A DNA stretch of 64,000 nt from Patescibacteria group bacterium (GTDB lineage Bacteria; Patescibacteriota; Patescibacteriia; 2-12-FULL-57-11), in the NCBI GenBank assembly GCA_004297205.1, contig SCUL01000002.1, positions 658,893 to 722,892 of the forward strand. Direction: 5' to 3'. The position numbers and the translations under genes were made by a program. Shown piece after piece: positions 10,094 through 19,625 of this stretch (position 1 is its first letter; every line of letters begins with the position of its first letter). The notes under the pieces are model-generated. The model had not been told where the DNA came from, searched no databases, and saw only the letters and a program-made list of their open reading frames with translations.

Positions 10094-11917
10094 GTGGCTC
10101 TTTCCGACCGTTTTTCCCGGCTCCGCAGCCAACACCCCGCACCCGCGGGAGCGGGCGCGGATCTCAACAAACGGCTCCTGACCCGGTTGTCGCCCCGCCG
10201 CACCCCCAGCTGGCGGCAGCTGCGGTATTTACCGACGGTGCTCTCCCGCGTTGAGCGGCGCGTTGCCGCGAGTCTTCTCGCGGTCGTCTTTGTCGGACTC
10301 GGCGTCATGGCGGTGCGCGTCTGGCAGCTCCACGTCGTCTCCGTGCCGGCGCGCGGCGGCGAATACATCGAAGGGCTCGTCGGCGCGCCGACCTACATCA
10401 ACCCGCTGTTCGCGAGCGCCAACGAGGTCGATCTCGACCTGACGCGGCTCGTCTACAGCGGGCTCATGCGCACCACGCCCGAAGGCACGGTCGTGCCGGA
10501 CTTGGCGGAGTCCGTGGAAACGAGCGAAGACGGAAAGACCATCACCGCCCAGCTGCGCGCGGGCCTGCGTTTCCATGACGGCAAGACGCTGACCACGGAC
10601 GACATCCTGTTCACGTTCGAGGCCATTCAGAATCCGGCCTACAAGAGTCCGTACGCGGGGAGCTTCAAGGGAGTGACGATCGCCGCTCCCGACGAACACA
10701 CCGTCACCTTCACGCTGTCCGAGCCCTACGCGCCGTTTTTGACGGCGCTGACCGTCGGCATCCTGCCTGCGCACCTGTGGCGCGACGTGCCGCCGCAGAG
10801 CGCCAACTTGGCCGAGTTCAACCTCAAACCGATTGGCAGCGGCCCCTACAAGTTCAAGGCGTTTTCCCGCGACCGCGTCGGCACCATCCGCAGCTACACC
10901 TTCGAACGGTTTTCCGACAACGGCGGCTCCGGTCCCTTCATCAACCGCGTGGCCTTCCGGTTCTTCCCGGATTTCGATTCGGCGGTCGAGGCCTACCGCA
11001 GCCGCCAGATCGACGGTCTGGGGTTTGCGCCCACCAGCTTGCGCGACCGGCTGCGCGGCCGCCACGACGCCAACGAATACCCGCTGGCCCTGCCGCAGTA
11101 CACGGCGCTGTTTTTCAACCAGAAGCGCGCCGAGGTCTTGAAAGACCCGCAGGTCCGCGAGGCGCTGACGGTGGCGCTCGACCGCGAACGCATCATCGCC
11201 GACGCGCTGCAGGGCGCCGGGGAGCTCGTCGACGGTCCGGTCTTTCCCGGCTTCGCCGGCGTGACCTCGACGCCGCCGCGCGCCGCATTCGACCCGGACA
11301 AGGCGGCGCAGCTCCTCGAGAAGGCCGGCTGGGCCCTGCCCGAGGGCGGCGGTCCGCGCGTGAAATCCACCAAGGACAGCCGCGGCCGCGTCACCGCGAC
11401 GACCACCCTCACCCTCACCCTCACGACCGCGCAGCGCGACGAGACGAGCATGGCCGCCAAAGCCGTCGCCGACACCTGGCGCGCGCTCGGCATCGACGTG
11501 AAGGTGGACGAAGTGCCGGCCGCACGCATGCAGCGCGACGTGCTGCGTCCCCACGCCTACGACGTGCTTCTCTACGGCCAGATCCTCGGCCGCGATCCGG
11601 ATCCGCTGCCGTTCTGGCACAGCGGGCACGCCGTCGAGGGCGGCTTCAACCTGGCGCTGTATGCGAACCGCAACGCCGATGCGCTGCTCGAAGAAGCCCG
11701 CAAGGAACAGGACGCCGAGAAGCGCGGCCTGCTGTACACGCGGTTCGCGAGCCTCGTCGTGTCCGAGCACGCTGCCGCGTTCCTGTACCGGCCGGTCTAT
11801 CCGTACTTCGTGACGACCGCCGTGAAGGGGGTCCGGGCCGACGAGATCGCCGTGCCGGCAGACCGTTTTTCCGGGGTTGCCGATTGGTACATCAAGACGC
11901 GCAAGGGGTGGCGGTAG
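10094..11917 (+). CDS. ABC transporter substrate-binding protein, family 5 (peptide/nickel)
   Basis: VYSGL...PDLAE, FHDGKTLTTDD, PIGSGPYK, VREAL..ALDR, PFWHS. Confidence 0.9.
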   Translation: MALSDRFSRLRSQHPAPAGAGADLNKRLLTRLSPRRTPSWRQLRYLPTVLSRVERRVAASLLAVVFVGLGVMAVRVWQLHVVSVPARGGEYIEGLVGAPTYINPLFASANEVDLDLTRLVYSGLMRTTPEGTVVPDLAESVETSEDGKTITAQLRAGLRFHDGKTLTTDDILFTFEAIQNPAYKSPYAGSFKGVTIAAPDEHTVTFTLSEPYAPFLTALTVGILPAHLWRDVPPQSANLAEFNLKPIGSGPYKFKAFSRDRVGTIRSYTFERFSDNGGSGPFINRVAFRFFPDFDSAVEAYRSRQIDGLGFAPTSLRDRLRGRHDANEYPLALPQYTALFFNQKRAEVLKDPQVREALTVALDRERIIADALQGAGELVDGPVFPGFAGVTSTPPRAAFDPDKAAQLLEKAGWALPEGGGPRVKSTKDSRGRVTATTTLTLTLTTAQRDETSMAAKAVADTWRALGIDVKVDEVPAARMQRDVLRPHAYDVLLYGQILGRDPDPLPFWHSGHAVEGGFNLALYANRNADALLEEARKEQDAEKRGLLYTRFASLVVSEHAAAFLYRPVYPYFVTTAVKGVRADEIAVPADRFSGVADWYIKTRKGWR

Positions 11918-12087
11918 TCGGCGACGGGCACGCGTCTCTCGGAACCGCGGTCCGTCCCGACCCGGGCGGGACGTCCGCTACCGCTCAGCCGACGCGGCGG
12001 TCGGCTTCCGCGAGTTTCCTGGAGCCGCATGCCCGTCGCCTGGGGGTTGTGGGGAGAGGCGGGGCGTGGTACAACTTTTCACCGAAC

Positions 12088-12174
12088 GGGCGAGTGGCGG
12101 AACTGGCAGACGCACTAGCTTCAGGAGCTAGCGGGCGCAAGCTCTTAAGGGTTCGACTCCCTTCTCGCCCACCA
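12088..12174 (+). tRNA. tRNA-Leu(CAG)
   Basis: GGGCGAG/CTCGCCC acceptor stem, CTAGC-TTCAGGA-GCTAG anticodon arm, long variable arm, GGTTCGACTCC, encoded CCA. Confidence 0.95.
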
Positions 12175-12210
12175 GGGTAAATCAGATACGAGGGATGGAG
12201 TCGAACGGAT

Positions 12211-12239
12211 TTGACAAAAGCTGAAATTTTTGGCATAAT
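12211..12239 (+). promoter_or_regulatory. sigma70 promoter upstream of rnj
   Basis: TTGACA-N17-CATAAT. Confidence 0.65.
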
Positions 12240-12438
12240 ACTCACGATGTTTCTTGCCCCCCGCCCTGGCGGGGCGGCCCGTCCCGCTCAGCGGGACCCG
12301 TTCCTTCAGAACCAGTAGTCAGAGGATGCTTTCCGAGTTTTTGGTTTTTCGGAAACCCTCCGTTGATTATTCGTGCGCCGGACACGCCGCAGGGCCTGCG
12401 TATCGCCCGCTTCCGTAGCCGCCGCAACCACACAACAC

Positions 12439-14268
12439 ATGTCACCACAGAACACTCCGACGTCGTCCCAGGCGCCGTCCCGCTCAGCGGGACCGCGCCG
12501 CGACGACCGTCGCCATTTCCGCGGCCGCGGGCCGCGGGGACCGCGTCCCCCGGGCGCATCCGTGCCGCAGGGAGCTCCGCACATCAAGGAGTTCACCGGC
12601 GCTGACGGCAAGAAACTCAAGATCATCGTGCTCGGCGGCCTCGAAGAGGTCGGCCGGAATTGCACGTTGGTCGAATACGAAAACGACATCATCTTCATCG
12701 ACATGGGGCTGCAGTTCCCGGAAGAGGACCAGCCCGGGGTGGACTACATCATCCCCAACATGTCCTACGTCCGCGGCAAAGAAAAGAACATCCGCGGCGT
12801 GATCATCACCCACGGCCATTACGACCACATCGGGGCCATCCCGCACGTCGTGCCGCGCATCGGCAATCCGCCGGTCTTCGGGCTGCCGATGACCGCGGGC
12901 ATCATCAAGAAGCGCCAGGAAGATTTTGAAGGCGTGAAGATCAACATCCGCGAGGTGAAGATCGACGACCGGCTCGTGCTCGGCAACTTCCAGGTCGAGT
13001 TCGTGCACATCAACCACTCCATTCCCGACGCCGTGGCCGTCGTCGTCCATACGCCGGTCGGTACCATCATCCATACCGGCGACTGGAAATTCGACTACAC
13101 GCCGATCGGCGCACCGCCGGCCGACTTCATCAAACTGGCTTCGCTGGGCGCCCGCGGCGTGCTCGCGCTCATGGGCGACTCCACGAACGCCGCCCATGCC
13201 GGTCACCAGATTTCGGAGCGCGAAATCGCCAACACGCTGCGGTTGATCCTGGAGAAGGCGCAGGGCCGCGTCATTGTCGGCACCTTCGCCTCGCTTTTGG
13301 GCCGCGTCCGCCAGATCTTCGACATCGCCCAGGACCTGGGCAAGAAGGTCGCGCTCGACGGCTACTCCATGAAGACCAACGTGGAGATCGCCCGCGTGCT
13401 CAAGTACATCAACATCAAGCCGGGTACGCTCATCGACATCGCCCAGATCAACGACTACCCCAAGGACAAGGTCGTGGTAGTCTGCACCGGCGCCCAGGGC
13501 GAAGAGCGGGCCTCGCTCATGCGCATCGCCAACGATGAGCACCGCTCGGTCCGCATTCAGCCGGCGGACACGGTCATCTTTTCGTCCTCCGTCATTCCGG
13601 GGAACGAGCGCACCGTGCAGCGGCTCAAGGACACGCTCTACCGCAAGGGCGCGGACGTCATCCATTACCAGATGATGGACGTGCACGCCGGCGGCCACGC
13701 CATGAAGGAAGACATCAAGTTGATGCTCCTTCTCCTGAAGCCGAAGTACTACATCCCCATCGAGGGCAACCACTTCCTGCTGCGTGAAAACGCCAAGGTG
13801 GCCGCCATGATGGGCATCCCCAAGGAGAACATCTTCGTCGCCGACAACGGCCAGGTCATGGAATTCGTGGCCGGCGGCAAGGGGCGCCTCTCCGACGTCA
13901 AAGTGATGGCCGACTACGTCTTCGTGGACGGCCTCGGGGTGGGCGACATCTCGGAAGTCGTGCTGCGCGACCGCCAGGCGCTGGCCGAAGACGGCATGGT
14001 CGTCGTCGTCGCACCGGTCGCCAAGCGCACCGGCGGGCTCGCCGGTAATCTCGAGATCGTCTCGCACGGCTTCGTGCAGGTGGAACATAACCAGGCGCTG
14101 ATCGACGAGCTGAAGAAACACGTCGAGAAGATCCTGATCGACAAAGACACCAAGAGCGAAGCCGACCCCGACGACATCAAGCGCAAGATCCGCGACGACG
14201 TCGGCGCCTTCCTTTTTACGAAGACGCAGCGTCGGCCGATGATCCTGCCGGTGATCATCGAGGTGTAA
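12439..14268 (+). CDS. rnj: Ribonuclease J
   Basis: LGGLEEVGRN, THGHYDHIG, HSIPD, HTGDWK, GTFAS, RRPMILPVIIEV; disordered R/G-rich N-terminal extension. Confidence 0.95.
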   Translation: MSPQNTPTSSQAPSRSAGPRRDDRRHFRGRGPRGPRPPGASVPQGAPHIKEFTGADGKKLKIIVLGGLEEVGRNCTLVEYENDIIFIDMGLQFPEEDQPGVDYIIPNMSYVRGKEKNIRGVIITHGHYDHIGAIPHVVPRIGNPPVFGLPMTAGIIKKRQEDFEGVKINIREVKIDDRLVLGNFQVEFVHINHSIPDAVAVVVHTPVGTIIHTGDWKFDYTPIGAPPADFIKLASLGARGVLALMGDSTNAAHAGHQISEREIANTLRLILEKAQGRVIVGTFASLLGRVRQIFDIAQDLGKKVALDGYSMKTNVEIARVLKYINIKPGTLIDIAQINDYPKDKVVVVCTGAQGEERASLMRIANDEHRSVRIQPADTVIFSSSVIPGNERTVQRLKDTLYRKGADVIHYQMMDVHAGGHAMKEDIKLMLLLLKPKYYIPIEGNHFLLRENAKVAAMMGIPKENIFVADNGQVMEFVAGGKGRLSDVKVMADYVFVDGLGVGDISEVVLRDRQALAEDGMVVVVAPVAKRTGGLAGNLEIVSHGFVQVEHNQALIDELKKHVEKILIDKDTKSEADPDDIKRKIRDDVGAFLFTKTQRRPMILPVIIEV

Positions 14269-14278
14269 GAAACGGAAC

Positions 14279-14302
14279 AAAGGGCGGGGCAACCCGCCTT
14301 TT
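14279..14302 (+). terminator. Rho-independent terminator after rnj
   Basis: GGCGGG-GCAA-CCCGCC followed by TTTT. Confidence 0.75.
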
Positions 14303-14311
14303 GTGTTTATC

Positions 14312-14340
14312 TTGACGTTTCCCCTATTTTCCTGTATCTT
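14312..14340 (+). promoter_or_regulatory. sigma70 promoter for rnpB
   Basis: TTGACG-N17-TATCTT. Confidence 0.55.
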
Positions 14341-14356
14341 CCTGTGGCATCCTTTG

Positions 14357-14752
14357 AAAAGACGCCCAGGAAACCAGACGACCGCGGCGATTCCTTCGGG
14401 AATCGTTGAGGAAAGTCCGAACACCGATGCCGTCGCAAGGCGGCATGAGTGGCAGTCGCGAAATGCGACCGGGAGCAAGGGATCGATCGTTCTCTCGGGT
14501 TACGAGAGAGTGGCTGATCCTCCAAGCCCAGGGACAGTGCAACAGAAAAGACACCGCCGATGGCCCCGCAAGGGGATCAGGTAAGGTTGAAATCGTGGGG
14601 TAAGAGCCCACGCGGGACATGCCTCGTGAGGGGCGCCGTGGAAAACACCTGCCCGGTGCAAGAGCAAGTTTGGTCGCTCGCATAGAGAGATGGTCGTCAC
14701 TCCGCTTCGGCGGGGGACAGAATTCGGCTTACCGGTTTGCTGGGTGTCTTTT
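14357..14752 (+). ncRNA. rnpB: RNase P RNA
   Basis: GAGGAAAGTCC and ACAGAATTCGGCTTA (P4 strands); AGTGCAACAGAAA; GGTAAGAGC; ends pair as P1 (AAAAGACGCCCAG/CTGGGTGTCTTTT). Confidence 0.95.
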
Positions 14753-14770
14753 GAGAGGATGCTTTTTCGT

Positions 14771-16162
14771 ATGATGAAACGCCTCGATCTCGCGTTTCTG
14801 GCCCTGCGCCTGCCGCTCGACTACTTCGCCATCCTCGGCGCCGGTATCGCGGCCTATTTTCTTCGCTTCCAAACGTTCGCCGAATTCCGTCCGGCCACGG
14901 AAATCATCAGCTTCCCGGCCTACCTCGCGCTCATCTCCGTCGGCGCGCTGCTGTGGATGGGAGCACTTGCGCTCTCCCGGCTGTATGCGCCCGGCCGCAT
15001 CCGCACGCTGGATGAAATCGGCCGCATCCTTGCGGGTTGCTCCACGGCGCTTGCGGTGCTCGTGCTCGTCATCTTTTTCCGGCGAGAATTGTTCGCCTCA
15101 CGTTTTATCGTGCTCGCGGTCTGGGCGCTGTCGATCGTCTTCCTCTTTGTGGAACGCATGGCGCTCCGGGCCCTGCAGACCTACCTCTATAAGAAGCGCT
15201 ATGGGAACCGCGCCATCGCGGTCGTCGGCTCCGGCCGCGCCGCGGGCGCCGTCGCCAAGGAGCTGGCCGCTGCCCCGACCATGGGCTACGAGGTGCGCGG
15301 CAGCGTGCCGGACCTCTCCGAAAAGAGCCTGGCCCGCCTGAAGAAGTTGCGGGCTGAAGCGCGCGGACTCGAGGAAATCTTCCTGGCCGATCCGACCGTG
15401 CCTGCCGCTGACCTGGCCCGCCTCTTGGAATTTTCCGATGCCTATCAGGTCGGCATCCGCTACAACGCGGACCTGCTCGCCGGCCGGCGCGTCGGTTTTG
15501 ACGTCGCCATGTTCGGCGGCGTGCCGTTCGTCGAAGTGAAGCGCACCCCGCTCGAGGGCTGGGGCCGCATCTACAAGCGCGCCTTCGATATCATCGCGGC
15601 GGCCGTCTTGCTCGTCCTCACGAGTCCGCTGCTTCTTGTCGTGGCGCTGTCGGTGAGAGCGACCTCGCCGGGTCCGGTGCTCTTCATCCGCAAGCGGGTG
15701 GGGGAGAACGGCCGGCTGTTTCCGTTCTTCAAGTTCCGCTCGATGCGGCTCGATGCGCCGGAAGACTTGGCCGAGCGCAAACGCCACTCGGAGCGGCCGG
15801 GCATCATCCCCAAGCTTCCGGACAACAGCCGTTGGGTGACGCCGGTCGGCCGCTTCATCCGTCGCTGGAGCATCGACGAGCTGCCGCAGCTTTTGAATGT
15901 CCTGCGCGGGGAGATGAGCCTGGTCGGTCCGCGCCCGCATCTGCCCGAGGAAGTCGCGCAGTACGCCGCGCACCACAAAAAACTGCTTCTGGTGAAGCCG
16001 GGCGTCACCGGTCTGGCCCAGATTTCGGGGCGCGCCGACCTGACCTTCGAGGACGAAGCCGCCTTGGATCTTTCTTATATCGAACGCTGGTCGCCCAAGC
16101 TCGACCTCTCCATTTTGTTCAAAACGCCGCTCGCGGTGTTGTCCAAGAAGGGCTCGTATTAG
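14771..16162 (+). CDS. Polyprenyl glycosylphosphotransferase (WcaJ/CpsE-like priming sugar transferase)
   Basis: N-terminal TMs; KRAFDI, FKFRSM, SIDELPQLLNVLRGEMSLVGPRP, KPGVTGLAQISGR. Confidence 0.95.
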   Translation: MMKRLDLAFLALRLPLDYFAILGAGIAAYFLRFQTFAEFRPATEIISFPAYLALISVGALLWMGALALSRLYAPGRIRTLDEIGRILAGCSTALAVLVLVIFFRRELFASRFIVLAVWALSIVFLFVERMALRALQTYLYKKRYGNRAIAVVGSGRAAGAVAKELAAAPTMGYEVRGSVPDLSEKSLARLKKLRAEARGLEEIFLADPTVPAADLARLLEFSDAYQVGIRYNADLLAGRRVGFDVAMFGGVPFVEVKRTPLEGWGRIYKRAFDIIAAAVLLVLTSPLLLVVALSVRATSPGPVLFIRKRVGENGRLFPFFKFRSMRLDAPEDLAERKRHSERPGIIPKLPDNSRWVTPVGRFIRRWSIDELPQLLNVLRGEMSLVGPRPHLPEEVAQYAAHHKKLLLVKPGVTGLAQISGRADLTFEDEAALDLSYIERWSPKLDLSILFKTPLAVLSKKGSY

Positions 16163-16248
16163 GGCGTAGAGGGTGGGGGTAGCGTGTCGGGGCGCGATGA
16201 CCGCGCCCCTGCTGTTTTTTTCTGGGAATCCGGTAAAGTGAGCCGGCT

Positions 16249-17361
16249 ATGCGGATCGCGCTTGTCCACGATTACCTGTCCCAGGACGGCGGGGCGGAGC
16301 GGGTGCTCCGGGCCATGCATGAGCTGTGGCCGGAAGCCCCGATCTTCACCCTGTTCCACGACCCGGAACGGGCCAACCCGGCCTTCCGGGAGATGCGGAT
16401 CGTGACCTCCTCCCTGCAGCGGGTGCCGCTTGCGGTGCGCCACTTCCGCTGGTTCCTGCCGGCCATGCCGCTCGCCACCGAGAGCCACGACCTGTCCGGC
16501 TACGACTTGGTGCTCTCCTCCAGCTCGATGTTCGCCAAGGGCGTGATCACGTCGCCGGAGACCCTGCACCTTTCCTATTGCCACACGCCGACGCGTTTCC
16601 TCTGGACGGACCGCCGGACCTACCTCGACCAGAACGTGCCGACCCCGCTGCGCCGCCTGCTGCCGCCCATCATGACCGCGCTGCGCAGCTGGGACCGTTT
16701 GTCCGTGGAGCGCGTCGACCGTTTCATCGCCAATTCCCGGACCGTCGCCGACCGCATTTGGAAGTACTACCAGCGCCGCGCCGACGTCCTGCATCCGCCG
16801 GTCGACGTTTCCGCCTTCACGGTCGGGCAAGGAACCGGCGGCTACTACCTGACGGGCGGCCGGCTCGTCGCCTACAAGCGGTTCGACCTGGCGGTGCGCG
16901 CCTTCTCGAAGCTCGGCGTGCCGCTCAAGGTCTTCGGCGAAGGGCCGGAGCTGCGGGCGCTCCGCGGCATGGCCAAACGCAACGTGGAATTCCTGGGCCG
17001 CGTCGACGACGCCACGCGCGCCGCGCTGTACCGCGACGCCGCGGCGTTCGTCCATCCGCAGATCGAAGATTTCGGCATCACCGCGCTTGAAGCCATGGCC
17101 AGCGGACGGCCGGTCATCGCCTATCCCTCCGGCGGCGCCACCGAAACCGTGAAGAGCGGGGAGACCGGCGTTTTTTTCGACGAGCAGTCCTGGGAAAATC
17201 TGGCCCATGCCGTGATCCGCTTCGCGCCCGAGCGTTTCGATCCGGCGCGCATCCGCGCCCACGCCGAGCAGTTCGCCACGCCGCTCTTTTTGTCGCGGCT
17301 CTCCGGCTACGTCGCCGAGCGCTACCGCGAATTCCGCGACGGCCGCTTCGAGCGGCGTTGA
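16249..17361 (+). CDS. Glycosyltransferase family 4
   Basis: MRIALVHDYL..GGAERV; YCHTPTRF; EDFGITALEAMASGRPV. Confidence 0.93.
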   Translation: MRIALVHDYLSQDGGAERVLRAMHELWPEAPIFTLFHDPERANPAFREMRIVTSSLQRVPLAVRHFRWFLPAMPLATESHDLSGYDLVLSSSSMFAKGVITSPETLHLSYCHTPTRFLWTDRRTYLDQNVPTPLRRLLPPIMTALRSWDRLSVERVDRFIANSRTVADRIWKYYQRRADVLHPPVDVSAFTVGQGTGGYYLTGGRLVAYKRFDLAVRAFSKLGVPLKVFGEGPELRALRGMAKRNVEFLGRVDDATRAALYRDAAAFVHPQIEDFGITALEAMASGRPVIAYPSGGATETVKSGETGVFFDEQSWENLAHAVIRFAPERFDPARIRAHAEQFATPLFLSRLSGYVAERYREFRDGRFERR

Positions 17362-17364
17362 CCT

Positions 17365-18546
17365 ATGCTGGTCTTTGACGCGCGTTCGCTGGCCGACGCC
17401 AAACCGAGCGGCGTGCACGGCGTGACCCGCGCCTGGGCGCGCGGGCTCGCCGCGGCGCTTCCTCCGGGTGCGTTCGTGGCCGTAGCCAATGCCGCCGGCG
17501 CCGGAGCGGTGCGGGCCCGCGCCGCACTCGGTCCCGACGTGCCGCTCGTGGTGCGCCGCTTTCCCAACAAGCTCCTGCATGCCGCCATGCGTTTCCTTGG
17601 CGTCCCGACCATCGAAGCGTTGGCCCGCGCCCCGCGCGGATCAACGGTCATCGCCAATCCGCATTTCCTGCGCGTGCGGCCGGACGCGACGTTCGTGCTG
17701 ATCGTGCATGACCTCTCGTATTTCCGCGAGCCGCACTTTTTTTCCCGGCGGATGCGGCTGTGGCACCGGGTGGTCGACTTTCCGCGGCTCATCGCCCGGG
17801 CTGACCGCATCGCCGTCTGTTCGGCCCACACCAAGCGCGACCTGATGGAACTGTTCGCCGTGCCTGCCGCGAAGATCGGCATCATCCGTCCGTCGATCGA
17901 TCCTGCGCTGTTCTCTCCGCCGGCCGCGGCGGCCCGTGACGCCGCGCGCGCGGCCCGCGGCATTCCACGCGACTATGCCTTCGTCTTTTCGGACGGGCCG
18001 CGCAAGAACCTGGCCGCGGCGCTCTCCGGCATCGCCGCCGCGAAGACCGACCTGGCCGTTGTGGTGGCCGGCTCCGAACACCCAAAGGCCGTCGCCGCCG
18101 CGGCACGCGCCGCGGGGATCGCGGAACGCGTGCTGGCGCTCGGCTACTGCGACGACCGGGAGCGTGCAGCGCTTTTGTCCGGGGCGCGGCTCTTGCTCTA
18201 TCCCTCGCTCTACGAAGGCTTCGGACTGCCGCCGCTCGAAGCCATGGCGCTCGGCGTTCCGGTCATCGCCGCCCACGGCTCGGCACTCGGGGAAACGGCC
18301 GGGGACGCCGCGGTCCTTGTGGATCCGCAGGATGCCGCTTCCGTGACCTGCGCGGTGGAGAGGGTGCTCTCCGAGCCCGCCGCGACGGCCGCCCGCGTGG
18401 CCCGGGGGCGGGAGCGGGCCGCTGCGTTACGCCCGGAAAAAGCGGTCAAAGACCTGCTCATGCTCATCAAAGACGCCCGCCACGCGCCGCTCCGGGCGAA
18501 GCGGGCCGCCGCTGTGGTACACTACCGCCATGCGCATCGGGATTGA
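17365..18546 (+). CDS. Glycosyltransferase family 4
   Basis: IVHDLS; YPSLYEGFGLPPLEAMALGVPV. Confidence 0.92.
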   Translation: MLVFDARSLADAKPSGVHGVTRAWARGLAAALPPGAFVAVANAAGAGAVRARAALGPDVPLVVRRFPNKLLHAAMRFLGVPTIEALARAPRGSTVIANPHFLRVRPDATFVLIVHDLSYFREPHFFSRRMRLWHRVVDFPRLIARADRIAVCSAHTKRDLMELFAVPAAKIGIIRPSIDPALFSPPAAAARDAARAARGIPRDYAFVFSDGPRKNLAAALSGIAAAKTDLAVVVAGSEHPKAVAAAARAAGIAERVLALGYCDDRERAALLSGARLLLYPSLYEGFGLPPLEAMALGVPVIAAHGSALGETAGDAAVLVDPQDAASVTCAVERVLSEPAATAARVARGRERAAALRPEKAVKDLLMLIKDARHAPLRAKRAAAVVHYRHAHRD

Positions 18547-19621
18547 CGCGCGAATGGCCGGTGAAACGGGAATCGGCCGGTACGTCACGCGGCTCGTGGA
18601 GGAGCTCGCCGCGATGCGCCCGCCTGGGTTTGAATTCGTGCTCTTTGAGAGAAATCCTGCCGCCGGAAAATTCGCCGCAACCGGCTTTCCGTCCGTGGCG
18701 GCGCCGCCGCGCTGGTACACCGTCCGCGAGCAGCTTCAGATGCCCGGCATCTTCCGCCGCGAGCGGCTCGACCTGCTGCACGTGCCGCATTGGAACGTGC
18801 CGCTCCTGCCGGTCGGCGCGCCGGTCGTGGTGACGATTCACGACCTGATCCTGCTGACGCATCCCAGCCGTCGCGCATCGCTCGGCGGACCGCTGCGCCA
18901 CGTCGTGAAGAATGCCGCCTACCGCCGCGTGCTCAGGCACGCCCTGCGCGGCAGTCGGAAGATCATCGCCGTGTCCGAGACGACCGCCGCCGACATCCGT
19001 CGGCATGATCCGTCCGTCGCGGACAAGGTCGTGGCCATTCCGCTCGGCGGTCCGGAGCTCGCGGCGCGATCCGCAGCGGCTGTTCCGCCGCCTGCCGGAC
19101 GTTACTTGCTCTACGTCGGCAATGCCTACCCGCATAAAGACGTGGAGACGCTCCTTGCCGCGGTTGCAATGCTGCGCGCCTTGCCGGAGTTCGGCGATGT
19201 GCGTCTGCTCTGGATCGGTCAGGACGATTTCTTTTCGAAGCGCGTGCGCGCTTCGGACGCCTGGCGGAAACTCGGAGAGGTCGCCGCGTGGCTCGGAGCG
19301 GTCGGCGACGCTGAACTGGCCGCCGCCTACCGCGGCGCCCAAGCGCTCGTGACTGCGACGCGCGCCGAGGGCTTCGGCCTGACGCCGCTCGAAGCGCTGG
19401 CCTTCGGCACGCCTGCGGTCGTCACCGACATTCCCGTGCACCGCGAAGTGCTCGGTGCCGCCGCACGCTACGCCCCGCCCGGAAACGCCGCCGGTCTCGC
19501 CGCTGCAATCGCAGCCACGCTCCGCGATCCGCAGGCCCGCGCCGTGGCCGCCCCCTCCCGTTTCTCCTGGCACCGCATGGCCGAACAGACACTCACCGTT
19601 TACGCCGCAGCCCTCGCATAA
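18530..19621 (+). CDS. Glycosyltransferase family 4
   Basis: MRIGIDAR..TGIGRY; TIHDLI; YVGNAYPHK; EGFGLTPLEA. Confidence 0.92.
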   Translation: MRIGIDARMAGETGIGRYVTRLVEELAAMRPPGFEFVLFERNPAAGKFAATGFPSVAAPPRWYTVREQLQMPGIFRRERLDLLHVPHWNVPLLPVGAPVVVTIHDLILLTHPSRRASLGGPLRHVVKNAAYRRVLRHALRGSRKIIAVSETTAADIRRHDPSVADKVVAIPLGGPELAARSAAAVPPPAGRYLLYVGNAYPHKDVETLLAAVAMLRALPEFGDVRLLWIGQDDFFSKRVRASDAWRKLGEVAAWLGAVGDAELAAAYRGAQALVTATRAEGFGLTPLEALAFGTPAVVTDIPVHREVLGAAARYAPPGNAAGLAAAIAATLRDPQARAVAAPSRFSWHRMAEQTLTVYAAALA

Positions 19622-19625
19622 CCGC

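Noticed and set aside
12185-12210. GGAGTCGAAC after tRNA-Leu as a second, antisense tRNA
   Set aside because: Only a T-loop-like fragment; no acceptor stem or other arms.
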